Shown here piece after piece: positions 25,337 through 57,041 of a stretch of DNA of 64,000 bases. The stretch covers positions 6,138,001 to 6,202,000 of the forward strand of contig CM022674.1 of NCBI GenBank assembly GCA_012295275.1. The letters run 5' to 3'. A program made the translations under genes and the position numbers. The notes under the pieces are model-generated. The model saw only the letters and a program-made list of their open reading frames with translations. It did no database searches and was not told the origin of the DNA. The DNA comes from Chrysomallon squamiferum (lineage: Eukaryota; Animalia; Mollusca). Every line of letters begins with the position of its first letter. The first letter of the stretch is position 1.

Positions 25337-28300
25337 TATGGCAATGAACATGATCATAGTAGTGGTGATGATGATCAAAACATAGAAGAAAAAATGAGGC
25401 AAGAAAAGAAAAACAAATCGAACAAACAGGACTTGCGGACGGACATAAAAACATATACATACTTATACATAACTCTACACAGATATACAAATGAACATAA
25501 ATACACACATATTATAAACTTTGATACAGAAACAACATTTCAGTTTAACAGTAAGAGCAACAACAACGATAATACTGTAACAGTAACTCATAACAAATTC
25601 CTATGTATGACGTCATAACAAATGACGTATATGACATATGAACGAGTGTAGCAAACGATCCTGATTGTTGTTACTAGCTTGATGTTGTTTTGGATATGAC
25701 TGTTAATGACGTCACTGAAATATATTCTCATGGATGATGTACTCGGTGACCCCATCTCGCCTAACATCTTACCCACGGGTTCTTGTCTGTGAAGTAGATG
25801 GGTGTGTATATATATATTTATATGTGTGTGTATGGATGTGTGATGTGTTAGTAAGGAGATATGTTTCTGTAAGGCTATGAGTTTATGCATGTATGCGTGT
25901 GTATGAGTGCGTATGTTACTGAATACTTTGAAACTGAGCTTTCCCCCTTGCTGTAGTCTGCTTCTTCCTTCACTAAAAGCTTTCTGGAAATATTAACAGA
26001 AAGGTTTTCTTTCTTATATTTTTCACTAGAAAATAACTGATTTCTTTTGCTATAATTAATATTCTGATAAAACATAAAAGTTGTGATTTCAGTTTCTGCA
26101 ATTTTCAGCTAATCAGTTCAGGATCTATGAAATGATGTCACTACCATAGGAATCTAAATATTTATACGTTTTTTGTCTTTCTGTAATGCATCATGACATC
26201 CTATCAAGTGACAATCGGAGTGAATACATCAAAAATTGAATGTAACATTAAAAAACAAACTTAAATGCATACAAAATATAATTAGGTTGTTTATCGAATC
26301 ACCAAATACCATTTTTTTTTTTAACAAATTCAATTTACACATACACACAACACACACACACGTACACACATACATAAATCAACCATAAGAAACAATGGAA
26401 AGAAAAATGGGGCCAGTTGTCCGGTGGCACTGACCGGGGCAGGACGCTGTCCGGGTGCAGTTGTGCGGGGAACAATTGTTCTCATATGATATAAACATAC
26501 GATATATTTTACATAAAGTTCATGGTATAATATAATATATAATATGTGATATTTGACAATTATTAGGACATACTTTCGTAATTAGCTTTCTATCAGTAAG
26601 CGATACAATCAAAATGTTCTTACGTTTCAAGGTCATTTCTGACAGCATGCACGTGTTGATTTCAGCAAATGTCAGTGACACGTTGCATGTACAGTACAAA
26701 CGTACAAATTTTATATTAAATATATAGGATGTTTATATCAAATAAGAACGACTGCCCCCCACCAAAAAACTGCCCCCGGACAAATGACCACCAGGATAAC
26801 TGCCCCCTTGACAATGGCCCCCATTTTTTCCCCCATTGTTTCTTATGTTTGATTTCTGCATTTCAAAGTAAGTAGAAAGGTGTAACATACGCACTCATAC
26901 ACACGCATACATGCATAAACACACAACCTTACAGAAACATATCTCCTTACTAACACAACACATCACAAACACACATATATACACACACACACACACACCC
27001 ATCTACTTATAATTTTCACAGACAAGAACCCGTGGGTAAGATGTTAGGCGAGATGGGGTCACCGAGTACATCATCCATGTGAATATATTTCAATGACGTC
27101 ATTAACAGTCATATCCCAAACAACGTCAGGCTGGGAACAACAATCAGGATCGTTGCTATGCTCGTTGATATATGTCCATGACGTCATTTGTTGTGATGTC
27201 ATACATATGAATTTATTATGAATTACTGTTGCTAATCATGTTCATTGCCGTTATTATTATTTATTTATTTATTTGTTTGTTTGTTTGTTTGTTTGTTTTC
27301 ATTCGTATTTTTTATTTTTTTTATTTATATTTTGAGTATTAACAAAACAAAAAGCAAAAGAAAAAAGAAGAAAAAATCTAATTACAAGAAAGCTGTCGTC
27401 TGCTATTGTAAAATTGTTGCAAATCTTTCTCGGTTATGAATGTTTTGTTATTAAATAAGTTACATTTATTATGAAAATATTATTGGAAACTGGTCAGTTT
27501 TTCACAAATGTTTTCTTCGAAGAATATTACATTTGTTAGGTACTTTGTTTTACGAGTGTTACATTTCCATGGTGACAGAGATTATAGTCAGAGGGTTGGA
27601 CGCCATTCCAACTACCCTGATTGCTTGTATCTACTCTCAGGTTCATTGTCCCGAGTAGCAGACTTGTCTGTGCCGAGGGATACCTATGACTTGACAGCTT
27701 ATGAGAAATATGAGCCTGATAGATGTTACATCAAAAGGCCATGCATGAAAACCAACTCATTTCATTTCAAAATTGTCTCTAATCTATACATTATACAACT
27801 AAATGTTTCTCACTGGAGTGAAGGCGAAAGACTTAATTCAACATCAAAAATATTATTACATAACTGTGCCTGATGGATGTTACATTTTGGCTCCTAACAA
27901 TTACTCTGATGGTTGGGCCATCAGCAAACACCTCTTTCTACTCAAGGTCTTCATTTCATTTATCTGTATCGAAGGTATTTATTTAAATTACATAGGCCTG
28001 TGGCGTGTCCCTAGCCATATCGACAAAGGTTATTGTCTCCTTTTGTTTCTCCAACCCAGACATACCATTTTACAAAGCCACATATATCATGTTTTAGAAT
28101 TACGTTAATTAACCGCCAAGATATGGCGACTTTCTTCTGATCAACTAACACAGCTTTGAATTTTATTCACTCAAGCAGCTTCTGTTTTTCTTTCATTCCG
28201 CGGTTCACACCGATGACTGCACCAAACTGATGTTTACTGGTATCTCGGTTTGACTCGAAGTTCAAGTTTCTGGTTCCGGGTCCAAAAGAAGAAGCGACAA

Positions 28301-28713
28301 GAGGACAGTTGCACAACACGACGGTTGCGATTGATGAAGACGCAGGTGAAGTGAAAGAAGTTGAAACTTTACCCTTTAATACCTTCAATAGCCAGTGTAA
28401 TATGTGTCATTAACGGCCTAGTTGCTTTATATAAACACATAATTTAAACTTATGTTAACGTAATTACTTGAGTCTCCCGCCAGCGATTTCGTCTTTAACT
28501 AGGATTCAACTGACTCCGTATTTTAACTCAGGTTTCTACAAAACTCTAATTAACTGAGTTGTGTGCTATTTTCATTTTTTTTTTGGTTACATTATAACAA
28601 TATATAAATAAATAACTCAAATTGCACTCTTGTTGATGTCTTATTTATCTAGTGGATATATTTTACTGTCACGATTTAAAGTATACCAGTCCGTGTCACA
28701 GTGTTGTAAACAT

Positions 28714-29450
28714 CTAGTCACAAGTACTTGCTGAAGTGAAGATATGATATTCTTCTTTTTCAGTATATCATCTTTTCTACATTTTAGTTGATTGTTGTTT
28801 GTTTTTGTTTTTTATTTATTTTTTTGTGATCTGTTTTCTTTTCTTTTTATTTTCTTTTTTTGGAAATTTAGAATGGAGATTAATGAATCCACAGAAAGAG
28901 TTGATCGACGGAAACAACTCATCCATGAAAAAAGTGGATCTCTGTAACGTACGTTGATAGTTTTGATAGCTGGTCTAAACTTGATGACAGCCTCCCAGTT
29001 GCCGCAGATATCCGTGTTTGGTATCATGCACACGTAACACACAAACCCACCAGTCCATGTATTTGTGAAGTAGTAGACTGACTGACCTCAAAATATACAT
29101 TAGTAAGTAAGTAGTAAGTAATGTAGTAAATGAAAGTAAAATAAAATAAAATAATTTAAGTCAAGAAAGAAAGAAAGAAAGAAGAATGAAAAAGAAGAAA
29201 AAAGATAGATAACGAAAGACTAACGAGTACTACTGCTGGTATCTGACTTCGTAGAGTGACATATGTCTACAAAACGAGCCGTCACGCTGATGTCATTTTT
29301 ATGAAACTTTTCAGTGCTGTGTGTCCACCCCGTAAAAATGAAACACCGGTCTTGTCCGGCGTGTAGGACCGCACTGTTCTTTTTGTTGTGCACAATAAAC
29401 TGTGAGGAAGAATGCAGTTCCTTTGTAAATTTAACATCTGCATCCCAGAC
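28714..29450 (-). pseudogene. Double-CBM2 gene copy F (exons 3 and 4 open, most of exon 5 deleted, exons 1-2 absent)
   Basis: Exon 3 29225-29450 (226 nt), exon 4 28953-29086 (134 nt); only the last ~27 nt of exon 5 (28714-28740) remain, fused to intron-4 sequence. Confidence 0.85.
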
Positions 29451-29645
29451 CTGAATAAAGAAATACAGAAATAAGAAAATAAAATAAAAAAGATTTGTTT
29501 CGAGTTACATCCATATATATACAGACTTCACTACTTGGTTACATAGCTATCTACATAAATGCAAACATTGAAATACACTTATGTACAGGCATCATACGTG
29601 TGACACCCGTACATGTATGAATAATGACCAAAAAATAGCAAAAAA

Positions 29646-29688
<43 letters not shown>

Positions 29689-30619
29689 AATAATAATAAT
29701 AATAAACGAATTATAATCTTTTATATGGATTTGTTTCACACACACAAACGCACACACGTATTTGTGCACAGATAGATGTTTTATACATCTGACATCGAGA
29801 CAGAAGAGCAGTATCAATGATGACAAAATAAATATTTAAATTAGAAAAACTTATTGAATCTTTCTTCATCTTTTCATGGACAGATGTCCGCAGCTTAGAA
29901 TGTTTTTAACGCTTTTGGCTGGAGTTATAACCTTTATCGACTCCTTATGCCTAAGTATGCTACTTAAAAGTACAACGCTCATACTCCTAGCTATGCTGAC
30001 TACACACACACCTCGCTCAGGTTTTTCTATTCTTTCATGCTTTAATTCAAAGGACATCATCCGCTTCTTCTAATTCGCTCATTAGAATTCTCTCATTAAA
30101 TTAGTTCGCAGGGCAGATAGATTTATTTTCAGGGATTTTACTGGGTTTTTTTTTCTTCTTTTTTTTGCGAATGTTCAGTACCTGTTTTATGACATTATAT
30201 GAACACACGGTCAGGATGGGAGAGAACTTGAATCTTTCGCCTTGCTCTGATAAGTGTTTGGCAGCTGTATCTTGTAAGATACTTTTCTCCCTTATCTATC
30301 TATCTATCTATCTATATATATTTTTGTTTCGATACCATCATGGGGCAATATAGTTTGTGTCTTAACGGCGTATAAAACTGTAAGTAAACAACTCAAATTG
30401 CACTCTTGTTGATGTGTCATTTATCTGGTGGATGTAATTTTACTGTCATGATTCAAAATTTACCAATCCCTGTCAAAGTGTTCTAAACCCCTAGACGTGA
30501 TAAGGAGCACTTTAGACACTGGCCCAGTGATACAAGTACAACAATAATAGCTTCAGTTCATCCATAAGATATAAACAAGTAGATATATATATATATATAT
30601 ATATATACATACACACACA

Positions 30620-30667
<48 letters not shown>

Positions 30668-30976
30668 GACAGGCGCACACTAGGGCACGTGCGCAGAAAA
30701 ACATAGGAAGAGCTGTAGATTGATGTGTTTTATATGCATATTTTATGGGACTACGTTGCATACTCCGATGTTATGACCATTTTAACTACCGGTCTTTTCC
30801 ATAAAACTTTAGTATTATCTTTGTACATATATCATTACTTAATGTGAGAATTGTTTAAGCAGTCCATAAATCAAACTCGCGCACATCTGTTTCATGCTGT
30901 GATCTGTCCAAGCTTACATATCTATCTTTTATATTATAGATGTATACATACACGTAGAGAAGCATTGCAAGCAGAC

Positions 30977-35482
<4,506 letters not shown>

Positions 35483-37176
35483 ATGTTTACAACACTATGA
35501 CACGGACTGGTAAACTTTAAATCGTGACAGTAAAATATATCTACTAGATAAATAACATCAGCTTGAGTTATTTATTTATGTACAGAATATATTTTGTAAT
35601 AATAAAAAAGTTGATAAAAGCAGCTAAGTTATTTACAGATTTCTAGAAGTCTAAATTAAAATACAAAAAACAGTGAAATCCTAATTAATAAGAGAATCAA
35701 GTAATTACGTTCATATAAGTTTAAATTATGTATTTTTATATTAAACAAATAATAAGGCAGATTACGCTGCCTATTGAGGGTATCAAAAAAAATTAACAAC
35801 GGAGAAAAAGTATCTTACAAGATGTCATTGCCAAACGCTTATCAAAGGAAGGCCATAATTTCAAGTTATCTGCCTTGACCTCCGTGTTCATCAAATGCAA
35901 CCACCGTATTTTTGTGCACAAACTGCCTGTTTGTCCTTTATTCTTCTAGACCCAGAACTAGAAACATGAACTTCGAGTCAAACCGCAATACCAGTAACCA
36001 TCAGATTCGTGCAGACATCGGTGTGAACCGCGGAAGGAAAGAAAAGAGATGCTACTTGAGTCAATAAAATTCAGAGCTGTGTTAGTTGATCAGAAGAAAG
36101 TCGCCATATCTTGGCCGTTAATTAACGTAACTCTAAAACATGATATACATGGCTTTGTAAAATGGTATGTCTGGGATGGAATGAAACAAAAGGAGACAAT
36201 TGTGCTGAAGTATGCATGTTCCTTTGTCGATATGGCTAGGGACACGCCACAGGCCAATGTAGTTTAAACAAATACCTTCGATATAGATAAATGAAATGAA
36301 GCACTTGAGTAGAAAGCGGTGTTTGCTGATGGCCCAGCCATCAGAGCAATTGATCGGGTCCACTAACTCACCACTGAGGACGATCTCTGTGTCCCCTTCA
36401 TTCTACAGAATGAAAAAGAATAATGAAGAGATTAGTCATGTTTCTGCTTAACATGGACAGATAGCAGTTTTATGTTAGAGGCCAAAATGTAACATCCATC
36501 ACGCACAGTTATGCAATACTATTTTTCGTGTTGAATTAAAACTGGTAGTCTTGTATAGTCTTTCACCTTCACTCCAGTGAGAAACATTTAGTTGTATAAT
36601 ATATAGATTTCAGACAATTTTGAAGTGAAATGAGTTGGTTTACATGCAAGTCCTTTTGATGTAACATCCATCACGCTCATATTTCTCATAACCTGTCAAG
36701 TCATAGTTATCTCTCTGCACAGGCAAGTCTGTTACTCAGGACAATGAATCTGTGAGTAGATACATGCAATCAGGGCAGTTGGAATGGCGTCCAACCCTCT
36801 GACTATAAGGTCTGTCACCGTGGAAATGTAACACTCGTAAAACAAAGAACCTAACAAATGTAATATTCTTCGAAGAAGACATTTGTGAGAAACTGACCGG
36901 TTTCCAATAATATTTTCATAATAAATGTAACTTATTTAATAACAAAACATTCATAACCGAGAAAGATTTGTAACAATTTTACAATAGCAGACGACAGGCT
37001 TCTGTTAATTTTTTTTTTCTTTCTTTTTTTGTTTTTTCTTTTCGTTTTGTTAATACATAATAATATTATTGTCTACTCTTATTTAATTTTCAATTAATCG
37101 CATAAAATATAAATTAAATGTTATTATTTCAAAAAATAAAAAAATAAGAATGAAAATAAACAAACAAACAAACAGA

Positions 37177-37227
<51 letters not shown>

Positions 37228-39298
37228 TAAATAATAATAATGGCTATGAACATGATCAGCAACAGTAATTCTTAACAAATTTCTAGGTATGACGTCATAA
37301 CAAATGAAGTCATGAACATATATCAACGAGCGTAGAAACAAAAAATAATAAATAACAATAAAAATACCAAACAAACAAACAAACAAACAAATAAATAATT
37401 AAATAAATAAATAATAACAATGATAATTGCAATGAGCATGATCAGCGACAGCAACAACGACGATAATACTGTAACAGTAACTCATAATAAATTCCTATGT
37501 ATGACGTCATAACAAATGACGTCATGGACATATATCAACGAGCGTAGCAAAGATCCTGATTGTTGTTCCCAGCCTGACGTTGTTTGGGAATATGACTGTT
37601 AATGACGTCATTGAAATATATTCTCATGGATGATGTACTCGGTGACCCCATCTCGCCTAACATCTTACCCACGGGTTCTTGTCTGTGAAAATTATAAGTA
37701 GATGGTTGTGTGTGGGTGTGTATATATATGTGTGTTTGTGATGTGTTGTGTTAGTAAGGAGATATGTTTCTGTAAGGTTGTGTGTTTATGCATGTATGCG
37801 TGTGTATGTTACACACCTTTCTACATACTTTGAAACTGAGTTGTTCCCCTTGCTTTAGCCTGCTTCTTCTTTCACTAAAAGCTTTCTGGAAATATTAACA
37901 GGAAGGTTTTCTTTCTTCTTCTTCTTCTTTCCCACCTCCCCGGAAAATAACTGATAAAGGATAAAAGTTGTGTTTCTGTTTCTGCTATTTTGAGCTAATC
38001 AGTTCAGAATCAATGAAATGATGTGACTTCCATAGGAATCTAAATATTTATATGTGTTTTGTATTTCTATAATGCATCATGACATCCTGAACGAGTGGCA
38101 ACCGGACTGAATACGTCAAAGACAAACTGAAATGCATACACAATGTAATTCGGTTGTTTATCGAATCACAAAAATACCATATTTTAACAAGTTCAGTTTA
38201 CACATACACACAACACACACACACACACACATGTACACACATGCAGAAATCAAACAAAAGGAACAATGGGGAAAAAATGGGGGCAATCCTCAAGGGGTCA
38301 GTTATCCTGGGGGTCAGTTGTCCGGGGGCAGTTGTTTGGTGTGTGTGTGTGGGGCAGTTGTTCTTATTTGATATAAACATCCTATATATTTAATATAAAA
38401 TGTGAACGTTTCTACTGCACAAGCAACGTGTCACTGACATTGGCTGAAATCAACACTTGCCAGACTTTTTGAAATGACCTTGAAACGTAAGAAAATTTTA
38501 ATTGTATAGTTTACTGATAGAAAGCTAATTACGAAAGATTGTCGTAATAATTGTCAAATATCAGATGTTATATTATACCATTTTACCATTAGATATTATA
38601 TTTTATATTATATAAAATATATCGTATGTTTATATCATATGAGAACAATTGTCAGACGGACAGCGTCCTCCCCCGGTCAGTGCCACCGGACAACTGCCCC
38701 CAGGATAATTGCCTCCTTGACAGTTGCCTCCATTTTTCTTTCCATTGTTTCTTATGGTTTATGTCTGTATGTGTGTACATGTGTGTGTGTGTGTTGTGTG
38801 TATGTGCAAACAGAATTTGTTAAAAAAATGGTATTTGGTGATTTGATAAACAACCGAATTACATTTTGTATGCATTTCAGTTTGACTTTGACGTATTCAG
38901 TCCAGTTGTCACTTGTTCAGGATGTCATGATGCATTATAGAAATTACAAAAACATATAAATATTTAGATTCCTATGATAGTAACATCATTTCATGGATCC
39001 TGAACTGATTAGCTCAAAATTGCAGAAAGAGAAACCACAACTTTTATGTTTTATCAGAGTATTAATTATAGCAAAGAAAATCAGTTATTTTCGGAGGAAA
39101 AACAAAAAAAGTTTCCATAAAGCTGTTAGTGAAGGAAGAAGCACCTTACGTCACCAAGTGCTACTATGCAGACTACAGCAAGGGGAAAAGCTCAGTTTCA
39201 AAGTAAGTAGAAAGGTGCGTAACATAGGCACTCATACACAGGCATACATGCATAAACACAAAACCTTACAGAAACCTTACTAACACAACACATCACAC

Positions 39299-39353
<55 letters not shown>

Positions 39354-41051
39354 CATCTACTTATAATTTTCTCAGACAAGAACCCGTGGGTAAGATGTTA
39401 GGCGAGATGGGGTCACCGAGTACATCACCCATGAGAATATGTCTCACTGACGTCATTAACAGTCATATCCCAAACAACGTCAGGCTGGGAACAACAATGA
39501 GGAACGTTGCTACGCTCGTTGATATGTCCACGACGTTATTTGTTATGACGTCATACATAGGAATTTATTATGAGTTACTGTTACAGTATTATCGTCGTTG
39601 TTGCTGTCGCTGATCATGTTCATTGCAATTATTATTGTTATTATTTATTTATTTAATTATTTATTTATGTTTGTTTGTTTCGTAGTTTTATTATTTTTTA
39701 TTTATTGAAATAATAACATTGAAATTATATTTTATGCGATTAATTAGAAACTAAATAAGAGTAGACAATATTATTATTATTATTTATTAACAAAACGAAA
39801 AGAATAAAGAAAAAAAAAAGAAAAAAGAAAAACCTAGTTAACAGAAAGGTGTCGTCTGCTATTGTAATATTGTTACAAATCTTTCTCGGTTATGAATGTT
39901 TTGTTCTTAAATAAGTTACATTTATTACTGGTCAGTTTCTCACAAATGTCTTCTTCGAAGAATAATACATTTGTTAGCTTCTTTGTTTTACGAGTGTTAC
40001 GTTTCCATGGTGACAGACGTTATAGTCAGAGGGCTGGACGCCATTCCAACTGCCCTGATTGCTTGTATCTACTCACAGGTTCATTGTCCTGAGTAACAGA
40101 CTTGCCTGTGCCGAGGGATAACTATGACTTGACAGGTTATGAGAAATATGAGCGTGATGGATGTTACATCAAAAGGCCATGCATGAAAACCAACTCATTT
40201 CACTTCAAAATTGTCTCTAATCTATATGTTATAGAACTAAATGTTTCCCACTGGAGTGAAGGTGAAAGACTGTACAAGACTACCAATTTTAATTCAACAC
40301 GAAAAATAGTATTGCATAACTGTGCGTGATTGATGTTACATTTTGGCCTCTAACATAAAACTGCTCTCTGTCCATGTTAAGCAGAAGCATGACTAATCTC
40401 TTCATTATTCTTTTTCATTCTGTAGAATGAAGGGGACACAGAGATCGTCCTCAGTGGTGAGTTAGTGGACCCGATCAATTGCTCTGATGGTTGGGCCATC
40501 AGCAAACACCGCTTTCTACTCAAGTGCTTCAGTTCATTTATCTGTATCTAAGGTATTTGTTTAAACTACATTGGCCTGTGGCGAGTCCCTAGCCATATTG
40601 AGAAAGGAATTTGCATACTTCAGCACAATTGTTTTCTTTTTTTTTCACTCCAGCCCAGACATACCATTTTACAAAGCCACATATATAAAGTTGAAACTTT
40701 AGACTTTAATATCTTCAGTAGCCAGTGTAATATGAGCCATTAACGGTATACTTGTTTGATATAAATACATAATTTAAACTCATGTTAACGTAATTACTTG
40801 AGTCTCCCGCAAGCGATTCCGTCTTTAACTACGATTCAACTGACTCCGTATTTTAACTCAGGTTTCCATAAAAATCTAATTAACTGAGTTCTGTGTTATT
40901 TTCATTTTTTTGTTACATTATAACAAAATATATTCTGTATATAAATAAATAACTCAAATTGCACTCTTGTTGATGTCTTATTTATCTAGTCGATACATTT
41001 TTACTGTCACAATTTAAAGTTTACCGATGAGTGTCACAGTGTTGTAAACAT

Positions 41052-46540
<5,489 letters not shown>

Positions 46541-47307
46541 GTCTGCTTGCAATGCTTCTCTACGTGTACGCATACGTCTATAATATATAAAAGTAGATAT
46601 GTAAGCGTGGACAGATCACAGCATCAAACAGATGTGTGCGAGTTTTATTTATGGACTGCTTAAACAATTCTCACATTAAGTAATGATATATGTTCAAAGA
46701 TAATGCTAAAGTTTTATGTAAATGACCAGTAATTAAAATGTTCATAACATCAGAGTATGCAACGTTGTCCCATAAAATATGCATATAAAACTTATCTCTA
46801 TTCATTAAAAAATCAACCTTTTTGTTTTAGGTACTGTAATCTGTCTATCTATCTATATACAATACAATACAATACAAAATAATACAATGCAATATAATAT
46901 AATATAATATAATATAATACAATACAATACAATATAATATAATATAATCTAAAATTTATATTAACGTAATTACTAGAATATCCCGCAACCAACTCGATCT
47001 TTTATTAGGAACAACTGATTCCAAATTTTACCTCAGGTTTCTACAAAACTGTAAGTAATTTAGTTGTGTTTATTCTTTTTTATAAAATATGTTCTGTGTT
47101 TGAAGAAATAACTCAAACTGCACTAAAGGGTGTACTGCTATAAGTACAACAATAAAACGTTAGTACTGTCTTTGTTTATTGATTACTTAATGTGATAATT
47201 TTTGAAATAACCCATATATAACATTTGTGATCTGTCCAATCTTATATATATATATATATATATATTAAACATGTATGTATTTACGAAGAGAAACATTGCA
47301 AACAGAC

Positions 47308-47550
47308 ATGTACAGACACACAGTCAAACGAGCGCGCGCTCTTAGGTAAGTCAATGAATTAAAGAATGATTTTTGTGGACAGGATAACAGATGCTGATAT
47401 GAATGTCTGTTTGCATTATTGGTATGTTTGGGTTTCACAACAGTGATGACTTTCAAAAAAAAAAAAAAAAATGAAATCAGCGTGGATGCATGTGTTGTAG
47501 ACATATGCGGCTTCACAAAGTCAGTTACCGGTAATACGGCTCCTTAGTCT
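47308..47550 (+). pseudogene. Double-CBM2 gene fragment: intact-looking exon 1 joined to a degenerate 3' end of exon 3
   Basis: ATG TAC AGA CAC ACA GTC AAA CGA GCG CGC GCT CTT AG|gtaagt at 47308-47345; 'aatgaaatcagcgtggatgcatgtgttgtagacatatgc' (~47470-47510) matches the exon-3 end, whose donor is lost. Confidence 0.75.
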
Positions 47551-47930
47551 TTTGTTTTCTTTTTTTTTAAAATTATTTGTCGTTCTTCTTTCTTTCTTTC
47601 TTTTCTGACTGACTCAAATTATTATTATTATTATTTTTTTTTTCGTTTACTACATTACTTACAAACAGGTGTATGGATATACGTGTGTACGTATGTGTGA
47701 TGTGTTAGTAAGGAGATATGTTTCTGTAAGGTTGTGTGTTTATGCATGTATGCGTGTGTATGAGTGCGTATGTTACGCACCTTTCTACATACTTTGAAAC
47801 TGAGCTTCCCCCCCCCCCTGCGTAGTCGCAAGTGGTGATGATGAAAAATTAGAGTAAGGTTTTATGAAATTAAACTCTGTTCTTATCTGATCTCAGTCAA
47901 ACCTGTGCACTGTGAATTATCAGTGACCCA

Positions 47931-48090
47931 AATGGGTCGAAATAGATCGAAAATGGACGAAACACATCGAAAATGGACGGAACAGATCGAAAATGCACGA
48001 AACAGATCGAAAATGGACGAAATACATCGAAAATGCACGAATCAGCTCGAAAAGGCACGAAACAGATCGAAAATGGTCGAAACAGATCTT
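47931..48090. repeat. 20-bp tandem repeat (GAAACAGATCGAAAATGGAC-like), ~8 units
   Basis: Visible 10/20-bp periodicity; flanked by a short inverted repeat TATCAGTG (47918) / CACTGATA (48099), possibly a MITE-like element. Confidence 0.8.
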
Positions 48091-49379
48091 TACGTGACCA
48101 CTGATATATGAAATCGGATCTAAACGGACATTTAATTGATCATTATTTATCTCTTTTTAAAATTATTTTGATTGTTTCTAACATATACATTCATCCGTGT
48201 ATTAGCTTTTGAGAGTAATTTTTCATCATGTGAGTTGTTTCCTGATGTTAATACTGGAAGCTGAACGTTCACTGGATCTGCGTAATGCAAACGAACACGG
48301 CTGAAATGGCGCGACAACTTCAGTTTTGATTATCAACAGACTATTTTAAAAAAGAGGCGTTTAATAATGTGAAAAATTCCCATCATTGTTCCTTGCAACA
48401 AATATTTTTTTAAAATAATCACATACACATCGTTTTAGCTTCAAAAAAAAAAAAAAAAAAAAAAATTAAAAATTAAGAACGGAAAGGTTATGAAAGACCA
48501 CAAATTTATACTCGTTAATTTTGTTTGAAATATCCAGTTAAGGAAAACAACATCATAACAGGAAGTGTTGCTGCAGGTATTACAGTAGTAGTAGTAGTAG
48601 TAGCTATTGTTGTTATTCATGTAACTGTTGTAATTATAATTGCAGTAGTGATTGTAACGGGAGTTGCGGTAGTAGTATTAGTAGTAGTTGTAGTGGTATT
48701 AATATTAGTATTAGTATTAGTGGTAGTTGTAGTGGTTGTTATTGTTTTAACTGTAGTTACAGTGGTGCTGGTAACAATGCTGTAGCGGCTGGAACTTGTT
48801 TTCGTATCAGAAGTAGCTGTTGTTCTAATAGTAGTAATAATACTTGTTGTGGTTGTAGTAGTTGTTGTTGTAGTAGTAGTTCTTGTAGTAATAGTAAAAA
48901 TATCAGATAACTATTTAATAATCCGCACATCACGTGACACAATGCAAAACTGACCGATTCTAATCTTGACACCAGTTTCAAAACGAGGCTGGAGTTATGA
49001 ATATTAACGTTAATTAGCATTTGACGGAGCTGACCGATTTTACAAGATAAACACAACAGACTTAACTGTCTACTGATTGTCTCCCTTTCCCTCTGTGTGT
49101 CTCTGTCTTTCTCACTGAAACACAGAGACATTCTCAGGTGTCATTTGACCATTGCAAATGAAAATTAATAATCATTTATGAAAATAAACTTCTTCAAGAG
49201 AAATGCTATTTTTATTCTCTTTTTTGAATTTTTGATTTTATTATGTATATGTATATGAATGTATATATATATATATATGTGTGTGTGTGCATATGTATGC
49301 GCATGTGTATGTATATGTATGTGCATATGTATGAGGTAACGAAAGACTACAAGAGTAATTATATTTATTTAGTCAGAAT

Positions 49380-56230
<6,851 letters not shown>

Positions 56231-57005
56231 TTTAGGTCTAGATTCTGTTACGTTATTCTGATTTCCACTACACAATAAAGTTAAACCTCTCTCTCTCTCT
56301 CTCAAACCACTTTCCACTAAGGTAAGAGTAAATTTTCCACCCATTACCAAACACTAACGTAATAAATTTGACACGACCTAGTCTAAATTTTTCTGTTGTA
56401 CGTTTTTCTTTACATTTACTTGTATGACATTTGTTTTTCTGTCTGTGTATTTTTCTTACGCTGTTTTATATTGCTGTTATGTGTTTTAAAGTTTAATGTA
56501 TCGGTAAATTTTAGGGTTTATGTCTATATTCGTGATTTCCCAGACTTTTGCATTTTCCGAACCGGTGCTTCCTCATCCCGTGAAATCGAGGTTCCAAAGT
56601 ATATCACGTGATAACAAAATGGCGGCGATCGTTTACATCGCTATACTTCATTACACGTAGACGATGAAACTGATTCGGTGAATAATTTGACCAGTTGTGT
56701 CCAAAAATGTTATTTATCACTTCTATTTTTTATTATTATTTTTTTTTTTTTATTCATTTGTGTTGCAGAATGGCCCACGTTGAAACCAGTTTTGTGATTA
56801 TAGATTAATGTTAGATTTGTAAAACAGTTCTAGATAATTAACTTTGCCGTCCGACACGTCTGTCGTGACATGCTAAATAGTCACTGATAAATAATCGTGC
56901 AAGGGTATCCATGACAACCGTCAAAATACCAAAGAAAGGAGTTAAATTTCCTAAGTGGTCGTTTAATTCTAGAATTTTCACAGACAGTCGAAGAGGTGGA
57001 TAAAG

Positions 57006-57041
<36 letters not shown>

